A stretch of 64,000 nucleotides of DNA from Ignavibacteriota bacterium (GTDB lineage: Bacteria; Bacteroidota; Ignavibacteria; UBA10030), in NCBI GenBank assembly GCA_963727825.1, contig CAVSHO010000001.1, positions 404,879 through 468,878 on the forward strand, in the 5' to 3' direction. The translations under genes and the position numbers were made by a program. Of the stretch, positions 20,126 through 31,608 are shown in pieces (positions within the stretch are counted from its first letter, which is position 1; every line of letters starts with the position of its first letter). Below the pieces are notes generated by a model, which was not told the origin of the DNA, searched no databases, and saw only the letters and a program-made list of their open reading frames with translations.

Positions 20126-21835
20126 ATGGATGATAAACAAGATATAGCTGGTTTTGATGAGGATATGCGAGAGATCTTTGACAGTTATCTTGTCGAATCT
20201 AAAGAAATTCTTGACCATCTCAGTCAAGATCTACTTGTTCTAGAAAAAAAACCTTCTAATACAAATTTATTAAATAATATCTTTCGAGGAGTACACACAC
20301 TCAAAGGCACTTCGTCATTTCTCGGTTTTAACCAGATGACAGAACTGACCCATACTAGTGAAGATTTATTGAACAAACTCCGGAAAGGCGAAATTATTGC
20401 CGATGGTAAAATAATTGATGTGCTGATCGAAGTTCACAATGCAGCGAACGTCCTCCTACACCGAATTGAAAGCCGCGATCTTCAGCCTGTTGAACTGAAT
20501 GGTATTCTTGAGAAATTACGAGGAGCAATGCAACAACAACCTGCTTTAGTGCAGGTTGAAGATGTTGTGCAGGAAAAAAATGAACAGGCACAGCAAGCGG
20601 CTGAAACATTTGAAGTTATGCATCAACGCGCAGCTGATTCGACAATCCGGGTTGACATTGGCCGGCTTGACGATTTAATGAATCTTGTCGGTGAGCTTGT
20701 TCTCGCGCGTAATCGTCTTGCACAGGCGACCCAATCTTTGATAGAAAAATATGAGCGGATTGAAATGTCAAAAAATATTGTTGATGTCAGCAATCAGATT
20801 GATTTTGTAACGACAGAACTTCAGATGGCTGTCATGAAAACGCGAATGGTTCCGATTGAGAAAGTGTTCAGCGGACTACCGCTTGTCGCTAGAGACCTTA
20901 TGCGTACAATAGGTAAAGATGTTGATCTTCAAATTTATGGTCGGGAAACAGAATTAGATAAATCTATAGTTGAAGAATTGAATGATCCGCTTGTCCATAT
21001 GCTCCGCAATGCCATTGATCATGGTATTGAATCACCAGAAGAGAGAACGAAACAGGGAAAACCACAACGAGGAATCGTCGTTGTCAACGCTGAGCGAGAT
21101 GGAAATTATATTCTAATCACAATGGAAGATGATGGACGCGGAATTGATGCTGAGCAAGTTAAACAGAAAGCAATAGAAAAAGGATTAATCGAGGAAGCAC
21201 AGGCACGAGAACTGTCAACATCCGACATTCTCAACTTGTTGTTTATTCCTGGCTTCAGTACGAAGCATGAAATCACAAATGTATCTGGTAGAGGCGTCGG
21301 GATGGATATTGTTAAGACGAATATCGCGAAATTAAAGGGTATTGTGGAAATAGCCTCCGAGGTTGGTAAAGGAACTATTATTACTTTGAAGGTACCGTTA
21401 ACGCTAGCGATTATTCAAGGGCTTCTCATGAAGGTAGTGGACGAAATTTTTGCCGTTCCATTGAGCGCAGTACTGGAGATTATTTGCATCAGACCTAATG
21501 AAATATACACTATTCAAGGGCGGGAAGTAATACGCGTCAGGGACGTTATATTGCCGCTTGCAAGGATGTCCGATATTATTGGCAACTCAAAAGCTATGAA
21601 AGCATCGGAAGTTTCGTATGTTGTTGTAGTCGGTTGGGCAGAGAAGCGTATTGGTCTTCTGGTTGATTCTCTCAGGGGACAAAAAGAGATTGTTATTAAA
21701 GGGTTAGGCAATTATCTGGGTGATGTTCCTGGAATTGCCGGGTCCACCATCCTCGGAGATGGAAGTGTTATTTTAGTAATCGATGTTGGTCAGTTTATCG
21801 AATTGTTTGCACGCCATTTTGGAAAAGTAGCATAA
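20126..21835 (+). CDS. cheA: Chemotaxis histidine kinase CheA (no obvious P2 domain)
   Basis: Hpt IFRGVHTLKG; dimerisation RLDDLMNLVGELV; HMLRNAIDHGIE; SGRGVGMDIV; C-terminal CheW-like P5. Confidence 0.96.
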   Translation: MDDKQDIAGFDEDMREIFDSYLVESKEILDHLSQDLLVLEKKPSNTNLLNNIFRGVHTLKGTSSFLGFNQMTELTHTSEDLLNKLRKGEIIADGKIIDVLIEVHNAANVLLHRIESRDLQPVELNGILEKLRGAMQQQPALVQVEDVVQEKNEQAQQAAETFEVMHQRAADSTIRVDIGRLDDLMNLVGELVLARNRLAQATQSLIEKYERIEMSKNIVDVSNQIDFVTTELQMAVMKTRMVPIEKVFSGLPLVARDLMRTIGKDVDLQIYGRETELDKSIVEELNDPLVHMLRNAIDHGIESPEERTKQGKPQRGIVVVNAERDGNYILITMEDDGRGIDAEQVKQKAIEKGLIEEAQARELSTSDILNLLFIPGFSTKHEITNVSGRGVGMDIVKTNIAKLKGIVEIASEVGKGTIITLKVPLTLAIIQGLLMKVVDEIFAVPLSAVLEIICIRPNEIYTIQGREVIRVRDVILPLARMSDIIGNSKAMKASEVSYVVVVGWAEKRIGLLVDSLRGQKEIVIKGLGNYLGDVPGIAGSTILGDGSVILVIDVGQFIELFARHFGKVA

Positions 21836-21848
21836 TAATGAATTTGTC

Positions 21849-22988
21849 ATGAAACAATCCGAAGAAAACATTATAAAAGTAATCGTCATTGATGATTCTG
21901 CATTTATGAGGAAATCATTAACGCTTATGTTGGAATCGGACCGAGAAATCCGTGTCATTGCTACTGCCCGGGATGGAAGTGAGGGAATAGAGAAGATTAG
22001 TAAATTGAAGCCCGACATAGTTACATTAGATATTGAAATGCCTGGTATGGATGGCATCACCGCTTTAAAAATTATTATGGAACAAATGCCGTTGCCGGTG
22101 CTCATGGTCAGCTCGTTAACGACAGAGAGCGCGCAAGCTACAATGCAGGCATTTGAATTAGGAGCAGTTGACTTCATTTCAAAAGATTTGGCATCTATCT
22201 CGACGAATATCAAGTATATCAAAGGCGAACTTATAGATAAGATAAAACAAATTGCACGAAGCCGTTTAATCCAAACACGATTCCGAATGAGACGGCTTGT
22301 GCAATCATCGCGTGAAAGAAAAGGTCAAATTGCATCACCATCTAAAATTGTCTCTTTCGAAAGTGTGGCACCAGGTTTTCAAGCTGTTGTTGTCGGAATA
22401 TCAACAGGTGGACCTGAAGCTTTACACAATCTAATTCCAAAAATTCCGGAGCAGTTCCCTATCGGTATGACAATAGTACAACATATGCCCCCTCATTTTA
22501 CAAAATCGCTGGCAGATAGACTGAATAATATAAGCAAAGTCAATGTAAGGGAAGCGGAACAAGGGGAAGTTGTTGAACCTGGAAAAGTACTAATTGCGCC
22601 CGGTGGAAAGCATTTGACGTTTCGCAATGATGGTCCAAATGTAGTAACGGAAATTTCTGATGAACCTATTAACGCATTATATCGGCCTTCTGCAGATATA
22701 ATGATGAAATCTGCTTGTGTAACATTTCATGGACCGCTGCTCGGCATCATTATGACTGGAATGGGAAGAGATGGCGTTGAAGGATTAAAATGCATTAAAT
22801 CAAAGGGTGGATATGTAATTGCTCAAGATGAAGAAAGCTGTGTTGTATATGGTATGCCTCAGGCGGCACTTGATGAAGGTGTTGTTGATTCTATGATGCC
22901 ACTCGAGAATATTTCTCTGGCATTTAGCCGGTTGATAAAATTAAGAGCACAAGAATACCTGCCTATGGGCAGGGAAGAGGGTATATGA
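21849..22988 (+). CDS. cheB: Methylesterase response regulator CheB
   Basis: REC (LDIEMP) plus GISTGGP, QHMP, MTGMGRDG and VYGMP. Confidence 0.96.
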   Translation: MKQSEENIIKVIVIDDSAFMRKSLTLMLESDREIRVIATARDGSEGIEKISKLKPDIVTLDIEMPGMDGITALKIIMEQMPLPVLMVSSLTTESAQATMQAFELGAVDFISKDLASISTNIKYIKGELIDKIKQIARSRLIQTRFRMRRLVQSSRERKGQIASPSKIVSFESVAPGFQAVVVGISTGGPEALHNLIPKIPEQFPIGMTIVQHMPPHFTKSLADRLNNISKVNVREAEQGEVVEPGKVLIAPGGKHLTFRNDGPNVVTEISDEPINALYRPSADIMMKSACVTFHGPLLGIIMTGMGRDGVEGLKCIKSKGGYVIAQDEESCVVYGMPQAALDEGVVDSMMPLENISLAFSRLIKLRAQEYLPMGREEGI

Positions 22989-24455
22989 TTGAATATACCG
23001 TTAATGAAAATTTGAATATTGCTTTCGGTGGGTCGGATGCCAAACGCGTTTCCGATAAGCAGAATAGCAAATCATTCATGCGCCTATTAGAGAATAACGA
23101 CCAGTGTTCAAAATCAAATGACTCTTTTTCAGAGAGCACAGACGGTAAGTTGATGCCAATGATGAACATTCAAGGTGCATTCCGTGCACTAGAACAATTA
23201 GCGTTGCACCGTCAAGAAACAAAACAACTCGCTGAACAAATTATTAAAGTTTATACCGAAATGCTTCGAGTTGATGGTGCTTGCATATACAAATACACAA
23301 CCGAAAATAAACTTGAGATACTGGCTTGTAATAATACTTGGTCAAATATATTCTCTTCTCTGCAAGCAGCGGAAAAAGTCGATGATCAAAATCTCCTTTT
23401 ATCCACAGATGTTTTATTGCCTTATCACGTGAACCTAAACATAAGAGAGATAGACCAATCGCCGAAAGCAGTGCCATTATTCTTGGGAACACGTAATTAT
23501 GGTTCTATCTTATCCTTACCACTGGTATGCGATGGAACGACGATTGGAGTTATATCGTTATTCAGTATCAATTCGCAATTCTTTTTGCCAGAGCATATCA
23601 ACGAACTTCGAATGATTGCCTATCTATCTGCTTTACTTTATATGAACATTCATATGAAGAGTATTCTAGAAAAAGAACAGATTGAACGAATAACTCTTCA
23701 AAATGATGTTCGGATGTTACATGAGCAATTAGAGTCTCATCAACATAATCTTAACACTTATGAAGGAGCCGGTTCAGCTTATGAAGAATTGGAAGCATTG
23801 TCGTATTCGGTTTCTCATGATTTACGTTCACCAATAATTGCAGTGCGGAACAATTGCGAATGGTTGAGTACACGGGCATGCAGCAAACCTCGACACGGAA
23901 GGGCAATCACTTGTTCGGCAAATTGCCGCAAGCTCTGAGCACATGGAAAAGCTTCTTGATGGATTCCTGGATTTCTCAAAAGTTGTTCGACTCGAGCTGC
24001 GACAATCACAGATTGACATGACGACTCTTGTGCATACAGTTATCGATGAATTGTTGAAATGTGAATGCGGATCATCTTCTCTTTCAATAGCTGTCCGACC
24101 CCTACTGCCTGCATATGGCGATGCAACACTGATACGACAAGTATGGTACAATCTTCTTTCGAATGCATTTAAATATACGCGCTATAAACAAATACGAGAA
24201 GTGACCATTGATTCATTTTCGTTCAACGGTGGCGTGAAATATTGCGTGAGTGATAACGGGGTCGGATTTGATATGCAATATGTTAACCGCCTTTTCGGTG
24301 CATTTCACAGACTGCACGCTGCCGAAGAATTTGAAGGAACGGGAGTTGGTTTGGCTATTGTCCAACGGATTGTTAGAAGACACGGTGGACAGGTTTGGGC
24401 TGAAGGCAAAGTGGATAATGGTGCTAAGTTCTATTTTACACTTCCAAAAACATAG
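22985..24455 (+). CDS. GAF-domain HisKA histidine kinase, split by a +1 frameshift (probably an artefact)
   Basis: GAF plus H-box SYSVSHDLRSP in 22985-23938; HATPase (NLLSNAFKY, DNGVGFD, GTGVGLAIV) in 23943-24455. Deleting one G of GGG at 23874-23876 restores RHAANLDTEGQSLVRQIAASSEHME. Confidence 0.88.
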
Positions 24456-24488
24456 AAAAACAATAAATGTAATGACAGGCACAATGCA

Positions 24489-26783
24489 ATGACACACCAA
24501 GATGGAAATTTAAATATTCTGATGCTGGAAGATATTCCGATTGATGCTGAAATGATCGAGAGGGAACTCCAGAACGCAAACATTTTGTACAACGCGCGAC
24601 GGGTAGCTTCTAAGAATAAGTTCATAAAAGAACTTGAAATGTCTTACCCAGATTTAGTGCTCGCAGATTATTCACTGCCTCAGTTTAGCGGTTTGGAAGC
24701 ATTGAAGATGGTCCGTGAAATGAAAAAAAGAATTCCATTTATCCTTGTCACAGGAATGAAGAATGAAGAAATAGCCGTCGAATGCCTTAAGGAAGGTGCC
24801 GATGATTATATCCTGAAGTCAAGTCTCCGTCGGTTACCGGGCGCAATTCAAAATGCACTCGAAAAACAGAGAGCAGAACAGGAGAATGAGCGGCTTGAGG
24901 AGGAACTCAGGCGATCTCAGAAACAGATGCTCACCATCTTTGAGAGTATCACGGATGCATTTTTTTCCGTAAACAAGTCTTGGTATGTGATGTATTTAAA
25001 CCCACGGTCCGATACATTTCTTGCGAAAGTGAATAAGAGACGTGAAGACCTCTGGGGAAAGAATTGGTGGACTGAATTTCCTGCTGCGAGAGATTCGGTA
25101 GCATATAAGGCTTTACATCGAGCGATGGCAGCCCATGAATTTGCTGAATTTGAAGAGTACAACTCTGCACTAAATTCATGGTTGCAAGTTCGGGCATACC
25201 CAGCAGAAGATGGACTTGCTATTTATATGCAAGATATCTCTGAACGTAAAATAGCAGAGGAAAAAATTAGAGAGCAAGCGAATTTACTGGATATCGCACA
25301 AGATGCGATTATTGTTCGTGATCTTAACGATAATATCATCTATTGGAATAATAGCGCTGAGAGAATCTATGGATGGAAGCAAGAAGAAGCAATTTTAAAA
25401 AATGCTTCTCAATTGTTAAGCACAGAATTAGACAGTATTGAACGTGCGTTGCAAGATGTTAAAAAGAAGGGATCGTGGTTTGGTGAATTGCACCAAGTGA
25501 CCAAGATGCAAAAGAGTGTTATTGTCGAAAGCAGATGGAGTATTGTTCGAGATGGGCAAGGAAAGCCAAAGTCAATTCTTACCATCAATACAGACATCAC
25601 AGATAAAAAGAATATCGAACAGCAGTTTCTTCGAGCGCAACGTTTAGAGAGCGTGGGTACACTGGCAAGCGGTCTTTTACATGATTTAAATAATGTCCTA
25701 ACGCCAATAATTTTAGCTGTTCCCTTTATGCGAGAAAAATTAACAGATGAACCAAGTCAAGATATCTTAAGAACGCTGGAAAGCTCCGCAAAACGAGGTG
25801 AAGGAGTTGTAAGACAACTAATATCGTTCGTCCGGGGGGTTAAAGGCGAACGTGTTGTGCTTCAACTGAAACATCTTGTTAGGGAATTGTTAAATTTCAT
25901 TGCGGAAACGTTCCCGCCAATAATAAAAGTGGTGAAACATTGTCCGAAAGGTATTTGGTACGTCGTAGGAGATTCAACTCAATTATATCAGGTATTGATG
26001 AATCTTTCGATCAATGCTCGTGATGCAATGCCCAATGGCGGAACACTCGCAATTGAATTACAGAACATTACACTCAGTGAACAAGAGGCAGGTTTACACC
26101 TTGGGGCCACACCCGGAATGTATGTTATTTTAACTGTGAAAGATACTGGCAGTGGCATTCCACCAGAAATAATCAATCGAATATTCGACCCATTTTTCAC
26201 AACAAAGGAACCAGGTAAAGGAACTGGTTTAGGTCTCTCGTCAGCGTTAAGTATTGTAAAAAGCCATGGTGGTTTCATTGATGTTCATAGCGAGGTGGGA
26301 AAAGGAACAGAGTTTAAGGTCTTCCTTCCTGCCAATGAAGAAACAATGGAGGAACAGGTTGAACAAAGCTACACTATCCCGATGGGCAATGGTGAAACTA
26401 TTCTTATTGTGGATGATGAAAAAAACCTGCGTGATCTTTTACGATCGACACTCGAAAAACAGAACTTTAAAGTATTATCTGCGTATGATGGAGAAAATGC
26501 AATTGCTGTATATAAAGAAAATCAAGATAAGATTGATATTGTATTGATGGACATGCTGATGCCTAAACTAAGTGGGCTATCGGCAATTCCTGAGCTCAAG
26601 CAAATGAATCCGCAATTAAAAATAATTGGTATGACAGGAAGCATGTTGGACAACCCGCGCAGTGAAATGAAAACGTTAATGCAAGAATTACCTTTTATTC
26701 AAAAGCCTTTTAGTTGTGAGGATATAATCAAAATGGTGAACAATGTACTGTTTGAAGCTCCAAAGGCCTACATAGAGGAATGA
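24489..26783 (+). CDS. Hybrid kinase REC-PAS-PAS-HisKA-HATPase-REC
   Basis: N-terminal REC; two PAS domains; LASGLLHDLNN; FDPFFTTKEPGKGTGLGL; C-terminal REC. Confidence 0.93.
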   Translation: MTHQDGNLNILMLEDIPIDAEMIERELQNANILYNARRVASKNKFIKELEMSYPDLVLADYSLPQFSGLEALKMVREMKKRIPFILVTGMKNEEIAVECLKEGADDYILKSSLRRLPGAIQNALEKQRAEQENERLEEELRRSQKQMLTIFESITDAFFSVNKSWYVMYLNPRSDTFLAKVNKRREDLWGKNWWTEFPAARDSVAYKALHRAMAAHEFAEFEEYNSALNSWLQVRAYPAEDGLAIYMQDISERKIAEEKIREQANLLDIAQDAIIVRDLNDNIIYWNNSAERIYGWKQEEAILKNASQLLSTELDSIERALQDVKKKGSWFGELHQVTKMQKSVIVESRWSIVRDGQGKPKSILTINTDITDKKNIEQQFLRAQRLESVGTLASGLLHDLNNVLTPIILAVPFMREKLTDEPSQDILRTLESSAKRGEGVVRQLISFVRGVKGERVVLQLKHLVRELLNFIAETFPPIIKVVKHCPKGIWYVVGDSTQLYQVLMNLSINARDAMPNGGTLAIELQNITLSEQEAGLHLGATPGMYVILTVKDTGSGIPPEIINRIFDPFFTTKEPGKGTGLGLSSALSIVKSHGGFIDVHSEVGKGTEFKVFLPANEETMEEQVEQSYTIPMGNGETILIVDDEKNLRDLLRSTLEKQNFKVLSAYDGENAIAVYKENQDKIDIVLMDMLMPKLSGLSAIPELKQMNPQLKIIGMTGSMLDNPRSEMKTLMQELPFIQKPFSCEDIIKMVNNVLFEAPKAYIEE

Positions 26784-26840
26784 TTTATACATTTAGTGAA
26801 ATGCTGTTTGTACTTCGGTTCGATAATGAGATAAAATATT

Positions 26841-28439
26841 ATGGCTACTGTTAAGACAATTTGGGATCAAAAAAGAATCGGTGTAATTCGGAAGGTTACA
26901 ACCTCAACTGCGACTGTTGCACTTGATTCGCAATTATCAAGTCTTTCAGTACAATTGAATGGGAAATCATACCCTATTGGACAGATAGGTACCTATGTGC
27001 TTGTACCGGTTGGCAGACAAGTTTTACTTGGCATGGTAGCAGAATTCAAAAAGTTCGAATATGGCGAAAATGGGAAAACAAAATCTCATTATGAAATGAT
27101 AATTTCTCTTATTGGATCTGTAAAGAACGGTATTTTTGAACGTGGTGTTTCCACTTTTCCAACAGCAGAAACGCCGGTGTATATTCTTGAAGAAAAGGAT
27201 CTTGCTGTTGCTTTTTCAGTGTTTCAGCGGTTCGGGTTTTCGACTGGCAGACTTTCACTCTTTGAAAACGAACGAGCCTATGTTGATCCAAATCGATTTT
27301 TTGGAAAGCACCTTGCAGTGATTGGAACAAGTGGCTCCGGTAAGTCGTGCACTGTTGCTTCAATTCTTCAAAAAGTGGTGGGCTTCCCTGACACGAAGGT
27401 TATCATTTTAGACATACACAATGAATATCGAAAAGCTTTTCCAAAAAACAGTCAGTATCTAAATCTGACGGAACTCGAGTTGCCATTCTGGCTAATGACT
27501 TTTCAAGAAATGATGGAAGTGTTCGTTAATCCTTCAGATGAACACGCTGCAACTCATATTACCGTTTTAAAAGAGCTCGTATTTCAAGCAAAACGCTTGC
27601 AAAATCCGGAATTAAAAAACGTCTTGACTATCGATACACCTGTATACTACGATTTCGAAAAAGTCCGTTCGAAAATAGAGGCACTTGATTCTGAAAAAAA
27701 CGGTCCCTTTTACGGAAAGTTTGCCAGATTCTTAGTACAACTGGATACTAAATTGAATGACCCGCGTTACGACTTCATGTTTAAACCCAGACAATTTATT
27801 CACTCTGCTTCTTTTTCGGAATTACTGACAAAAATGTTTGGACCTAATGGGGGCGCGAAGATTACGATAATGGACATGAGTGGCGTTCCCTTCGACATCG
27901 TGAACACTGTTGTTTCTCTTATGGCGAGATTAGCATTTGATTTTAATTTTTGGAATATTAGCCGTCGTGAATGTCCTATCCTTTTAGTCTTTGAAGAAGC
28001 ACATAACTATTTATCAACAAGTACAGAAGGAACACAAGCGGCCAGGCGCACCGTTGAACGTATCGCAAAAGAAGGCAGAAAATACGGTGTAAGTTGTATG
28101 ATCGTAAGCCAGAGGCCCTCTGATATTTCAGAAACTATTTTGTCTCAATGTAATAACTTTGTAGTAATGCGTCTCACAAATCCGGTGGATCAGAATTATG
28201 TTTGTCGGCTCGTTGCAGATACATATCCCGGTCTTGAAAGCCTTCTACCATCGCTTCGGCAGGGAGAGGGATTATTTGTTGGTGATGCTGTTCCTATGCC
28301 CTTACGTATTCAAATTGATCCGCCAGATCCTGAACCGGCAAGCGCCGATATACAATTTTTTGATAAATGGAAACGTAAGAATGAACCGACAAATGTTAGT
28401 GAAATAGTCAGAAGATGGTGGCACCAAGAGCGTTGTTAA
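26841..28439 (+). CDS. HerA/DUF87-family (HerA-FtsK superfamily) ATPase with N-terminal HAS-barrel-like domain
   Basis: KHLAVIGTSGSGKS Walker A, ILDIHNEY, LVFEEAHNY Walker B, RIAKEGRKYG, SQRPSDISETILSQC, RLTNPVDQ. Confidence 0.92.
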   Translation: MATVKTIWDQKRIGVIRKVTTSTATVALDSQLSSLSVQLNGKSYPIGQIGTYVLVPVGRQVLLGMVAEFKKFEYGENGKTKSHYEMIISLIGSVKNGIFERGVSTFPTAETPVYILEEKDLAVAFSVFQRFGFSTGRLSLFENERAYVDPNRFFGKHLAVIGTSGSGKSCTVASILQKVVGFPDTKVIILDIHNEYRKAFPKNSQYLNLTELELPFWLMTFQEMMEVFVNPSDEHAATHITVLKELVFQAKRLQNPELKNVLTIDTPVYYDFEKVRSKIEALDSEKNGPFYGKFARFLVQLDTKLNDPRYDFMFKPRQFIHSASFSELLTKMFGPNGGAKITIMDMSGVPFDIVNTVVSLMARLAFDFNFWNISRRECPILLVFEEAHNYLSTSTEGTQAARRTVERIAKEGRKYGVSCMIVSQRPSDISETILSQCNNFVVMRLTNPVDQNYVCRLVADTYPGLESLLPSLRQGEGLFVGDAVPMPLRIQIDPPDPEPASADIQFFDKWKRKNEPTNVSEIVRRWWHQERC

Positions 28440-28535
28440 TGTGAACAATAATGTACTTTGCAGAAACTGAACAATTGTAGAATTCATAAATTATCGACGT
28501 GGTAACAATATTATCAACAATATTGTGTAAAAATT

Positions 28536-29801
28536 GTGATTGACCGACAAGTAATGGCTACAACACCGAATGCATCAGAAGAAATTCGAATGGAAGCCAA
28601 CCATATCTTAAAAGTGGTTGATCAAGCCATAAAAGCAGGATTTCTAAATGAGGCAAAAGAGCATCTTGATAAAGCAAAGATGATTGATCCGACCAATGCA
28701 TACATTTATGCATTCCAGGAGCGAATCGCCTTCCTGAAAGAGGAAGCAGAAAAGAAAAAAGCTGCAGTATCTAACCGTGGAGCGATGGAGGATGCAGCAC
28801 GAGCAAAACTCGATGCAGATCGTCGGTTAGCAGAAGAGGACCGGTTAAAAAAAGAAGATGCGCAGGTGAAACAACTAGAAGAGTGGCATCTGAAAAAACT
28901 CGAAGCGGAGAAACGGCACCAGGAAGAATTGATACGGGCTACTAAAGGACAAACAACATCTAACGCAACTCCTGCTTCAGATGCCCCGGAACAGCATAAA
29001 AAAACTGAGGGTGTACAGAAGGGAAAATCGGTACCACAGCAAAGACTTGTACCAACAACGACACAGCAGAATGAACCGGCGACTAAAGTGGGCGATCAAG
29101 CCCACGATATGTACAAACGAGTGTTGCTGCTTGCTTGGGCAGATGGTGCGATCTCACCGGAAGAGGAGAGTCAACTCAGGGATTTAAGAACATCACTCCG
29201 TATTACAATGGAGGAACATACACAACTTGAGTTAGAAGCCAAGGAAGAATCCTATGCACATGCATTCACACTTGTTTGGACTTCCGGTATGAATGCGAGG
29301 GAGCGTTCAGCTGTCATTAATGAACTCCGACAAAAGTATCATATTTCATCCGAAGCACATTCAAGAGTCGAAGCAAATGTTCTCATGGAATTTGGTGATC
29401 GTCAGAATAAGCCAACGCTCTATGTTATTGATGACGACGAGAATACGCTTGGGATGATCGTGCGAGTACTTGAAGCTGGTGGATTTGCTGTAAAGGCTTT
29501 CAATACGTCTGATGAAGCACTTGTCGGACTTAAAAGTGATTTGCCTGATTTAATCATCTCTGATATCAATCTTGAAACTTCAACAATTGGAGGATTTTCG
29601 TTCTATGAAAAAGTCCGACAATTGCATCATCTAAGTCACGTACCGTTCATTTTTCTAAGTGGAATGATTGATGAGGGTATGATACGATATGGGAAAGGTT
29701 TAGGGGCAGATGATTATCTGACAAAACCGTTTTCCGGTGAAATGCTTCTCGATACTATCAAAGGGAAATTAAAACGCTATAAACAGCTAAAAAACAATTA
29801 G
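28536..29801 (+). CDS. TPR-like/coiled-coil/TerB-like/receiver fusion protein
   Basis: EAKEHLDKAKMIDPTN (TPR-like); charged coil; AWADGAISPEEESQLRDLR (TerB-like); C-terminal REC (YVIDDD, SDINL, YLTKP). Start is GTG 28536 or ATG 28554. Confidence 0.75.
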   Translation: MIDRQVMATTPNASEEIRMEANHILKVVDQAIKAGFLNEAKEHLDKAKMIDPTNAYIYAFQERIAFLKEEAEKKKAAVSNRGAMEDAARAKLDADRRLAEEDRLKKEDAQVKQLEEWHLKKLEAEKRHQEELIRATKGQTTSNATPASDAPEQHKKTEGVQKGKSVPQQRLVPTTTQQNEPATKVGDQAHDMYKRVLLLAWADGAISPEEESQLRDLRTSLRITMEEHTQLELEAKEESYAHAFTLVWTSGMNARERSAVINELRQKYHISSEAHSRVEANVLMEFGDRQNKPTLYVIDDDENTLGMIVRVLEAGGFAVKAFNTSDEALVGLKSDLPDLIISDINLETSTIGGFSFYEKVRQLHHLSHVPFIFLSGMIDEGMIRYGKGLGADDYLTKPFSGEMLLDTIKGKLKRYKQLKNN

Positions 29802-29850
29802 TATTGACATAACAATATAGTAAGCTGACTTCATTTAAAGGAGCAAAGCC

Positions 29851-31491
29851 ATGATTGAAAAACTTAGAAAATCTTTAGAAACCAGAATGATCGCCTCTTT
29901 TCTCGTACCATTATTGGCTATATCCATCTGCGGAGTCATTATTACTTGGATTAATCAGGAGTCGGCAGGACGGGAAGCGATAAATAACAATGCTCGAGTG
30001 ATTTCGGAAACCATTTCCTTTGCTGCCGGTGCGGGATTGAATGACGGCAATTTCGACCTTGTACAAACATCCTTCGATTGGGCAAGAAAAGATCCCGCTG
30101 TTATATTTATTTTAATTTTAGACGAATCCAACCAAACGATTATTGAACATAATCCTAGAAACTTGAAATACAATGCAACAACACTTATGCAAGAATTAAA
30201 ATTTGAAGATACAAAAGATATCGTGCTAGTGTCACGTCCTGTCGAATATAAGGGGAAAAAGCTGGGAACAACGCTTGTTGGTTTATCGATGGAATCTGTA
30301 ATGTCGGTAATTATGAGACAAATCTTGGTCGAATTGGTTATATTTTTCGTCTTCGTAGTATTAGGAACATGGTGGGTTGTTCGATACACACGAAGTTTGG
30401 TCAGTGACATAAAGATGATACAAAAAAATATTGAAAACGCAGATCTTAACACACAGATAAATTCAGAACGGCAAGACGAAATGGGTCAGCTTCAACATTC
30501 CTTCGATCAATTTGTAGAGTCTATTCGGGACACATTGATTCAAGTATCGGAAACGGCGTCTTCCGTTGCGAGCGCAAGTGCCGAGATAAGCTCGAGCACA
30601 GAAGAGATGGCAGCTGGTTCTCAAGAACAGACCACGCAATCGGAGGAAATAGCAAGGGCGGTTGAGCAAATGGCCAAAAGCATCGCCGTGAATTCAGAGA
30701 ATGCCGGGGAAACTGCACATACTGCAGAGCAAGCTAAAATCGCTGCAGAACAAGGTGGAAAGGTCGTTACAGACACGGTCGCCGAAATGAAACAAATTGC
30801 GAATGTTGTACGAGAATCTGCAGGGACAATTCAAAATCTTGGCAAATCAAGCGACGAAATTGGCGAGATAATTGGCGTAATCGAACATATTGCCGACCAG
30901 ACAAACTTGTTAGCACTTAATGCGGCTATCGAAGCGGCGAGGGCGGGTGAGCAAGGTCGCGGATTTGCAGTGGTTGCCGACGAAGTGAGGAAATTGGCAG
31001 AACAAACTACGAAAGCAACAAAACAAATAGCCGGCATGATTCAACAAATTCAATCAGATAGCCATGGTGCTGTTAGCTCAATGGCAAATGCGACAAAGCA
31101 GGTGGATGCAGGGATTGTGTTAGCGGATCAGGCTGGAGCATCGCTGCAGGAGATCGTTAAGACTTCGCAAAAGGTTACAGACATGGTTACACAAATTGCA
31201 GTTGCAAACGAAGAGCAGTCAAGCACCAGTGAACAAATCAGCAAAAACATGGAAGCCATTGCCACGGTTACTCAACAAACAGCTTCAGGGACTCAACAAA
31301 TTGCTCGTGCAGCGGAAGATCTGAATCGATTGACAGAAACTCTTCAACAACTTGTCAATCAGTTCAAATTAACATCACAAAAGGAACATGATACATTTTC
31401 ATCATCTTCTCAGAAATCATTTGAATTGAAACCACGATCGAAATATGCTCTTGGCGAGAATTCGTCGTTGCCGACTAATCAAAAGAATTAA
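29851..31491 (+). CDS. Methyl-accepting chemotaxis protein
   Basis: Two TM segments, HAMP-like QDEMGQL, hairpin [38 protein letters not shown]. Confidence 0.96.
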   Translation: MIEKLRKSLETRMIASFLVPLLAISICGVIITWINQESAGREAINNNARVISETISFAAGAGLNDGNFDLVQTSFDWARKDPAVIFILILDESNQTIIEHNPRNLKYNATTLMQELKFEDTKDIVLVSRPVEYKGKKLGTTLVGLSMESVMSVIMRQILVELVIFFVFVVLGTWWVVRYTRSLVSDIKMIQKNIENADLNTQINSERQDEMGQLQHSFDQFVESIRDTLIQVSETASSVASASAEISSSTEEMAAGSQEQTTQSEEIARAVEQMAKSIAVNSENAGETAHTAEQAKIAAEQGGKVVTDTVAEMKQIANVVRESAGTIQNLGKSSDEIGEIIGVIEHIADQTNLLALNAAIEAARAGEQGRGFAVVADEVRKLAEQTTKATKQIAGMIQQIQSDSHGAVSSMANATKQVDAGIVLADQAGASLQEIVKTSQKVTDMVTQIAVANEEQSSTSEQISKNMEAIATVTQQTASGTQQIARAAEDLNRLTETLQQLVNQFKLTSQKEHDTFSSSSQKSFELKPRSKYALGENSSLPTNQKN

Positions 31492-31608
31492 CAAAAAAAT
31501 AGAAAAGGATACAATTTTATCAAATTCTAAGTAATAACAATTATCTGTTTTGATGAACACTGTGCCTATTGAAGAGTAACCAAGAACATACGGAAGGAGA
31601 GGAATATA

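Noticed and set aside
23860-23950. Programmed frameshifting or phase variation at the split genes
   Set aside because: The runs are only 3-4 nt with no slippery heptamer or stimulatory structure, and the same error type recurs in unrelated genes.
26841-28439. Calling the HerA gene a Sir2-HerA or NurA-HerA system
   Set aside because: No sirtuin, NurA or other nuclease is adjacent.
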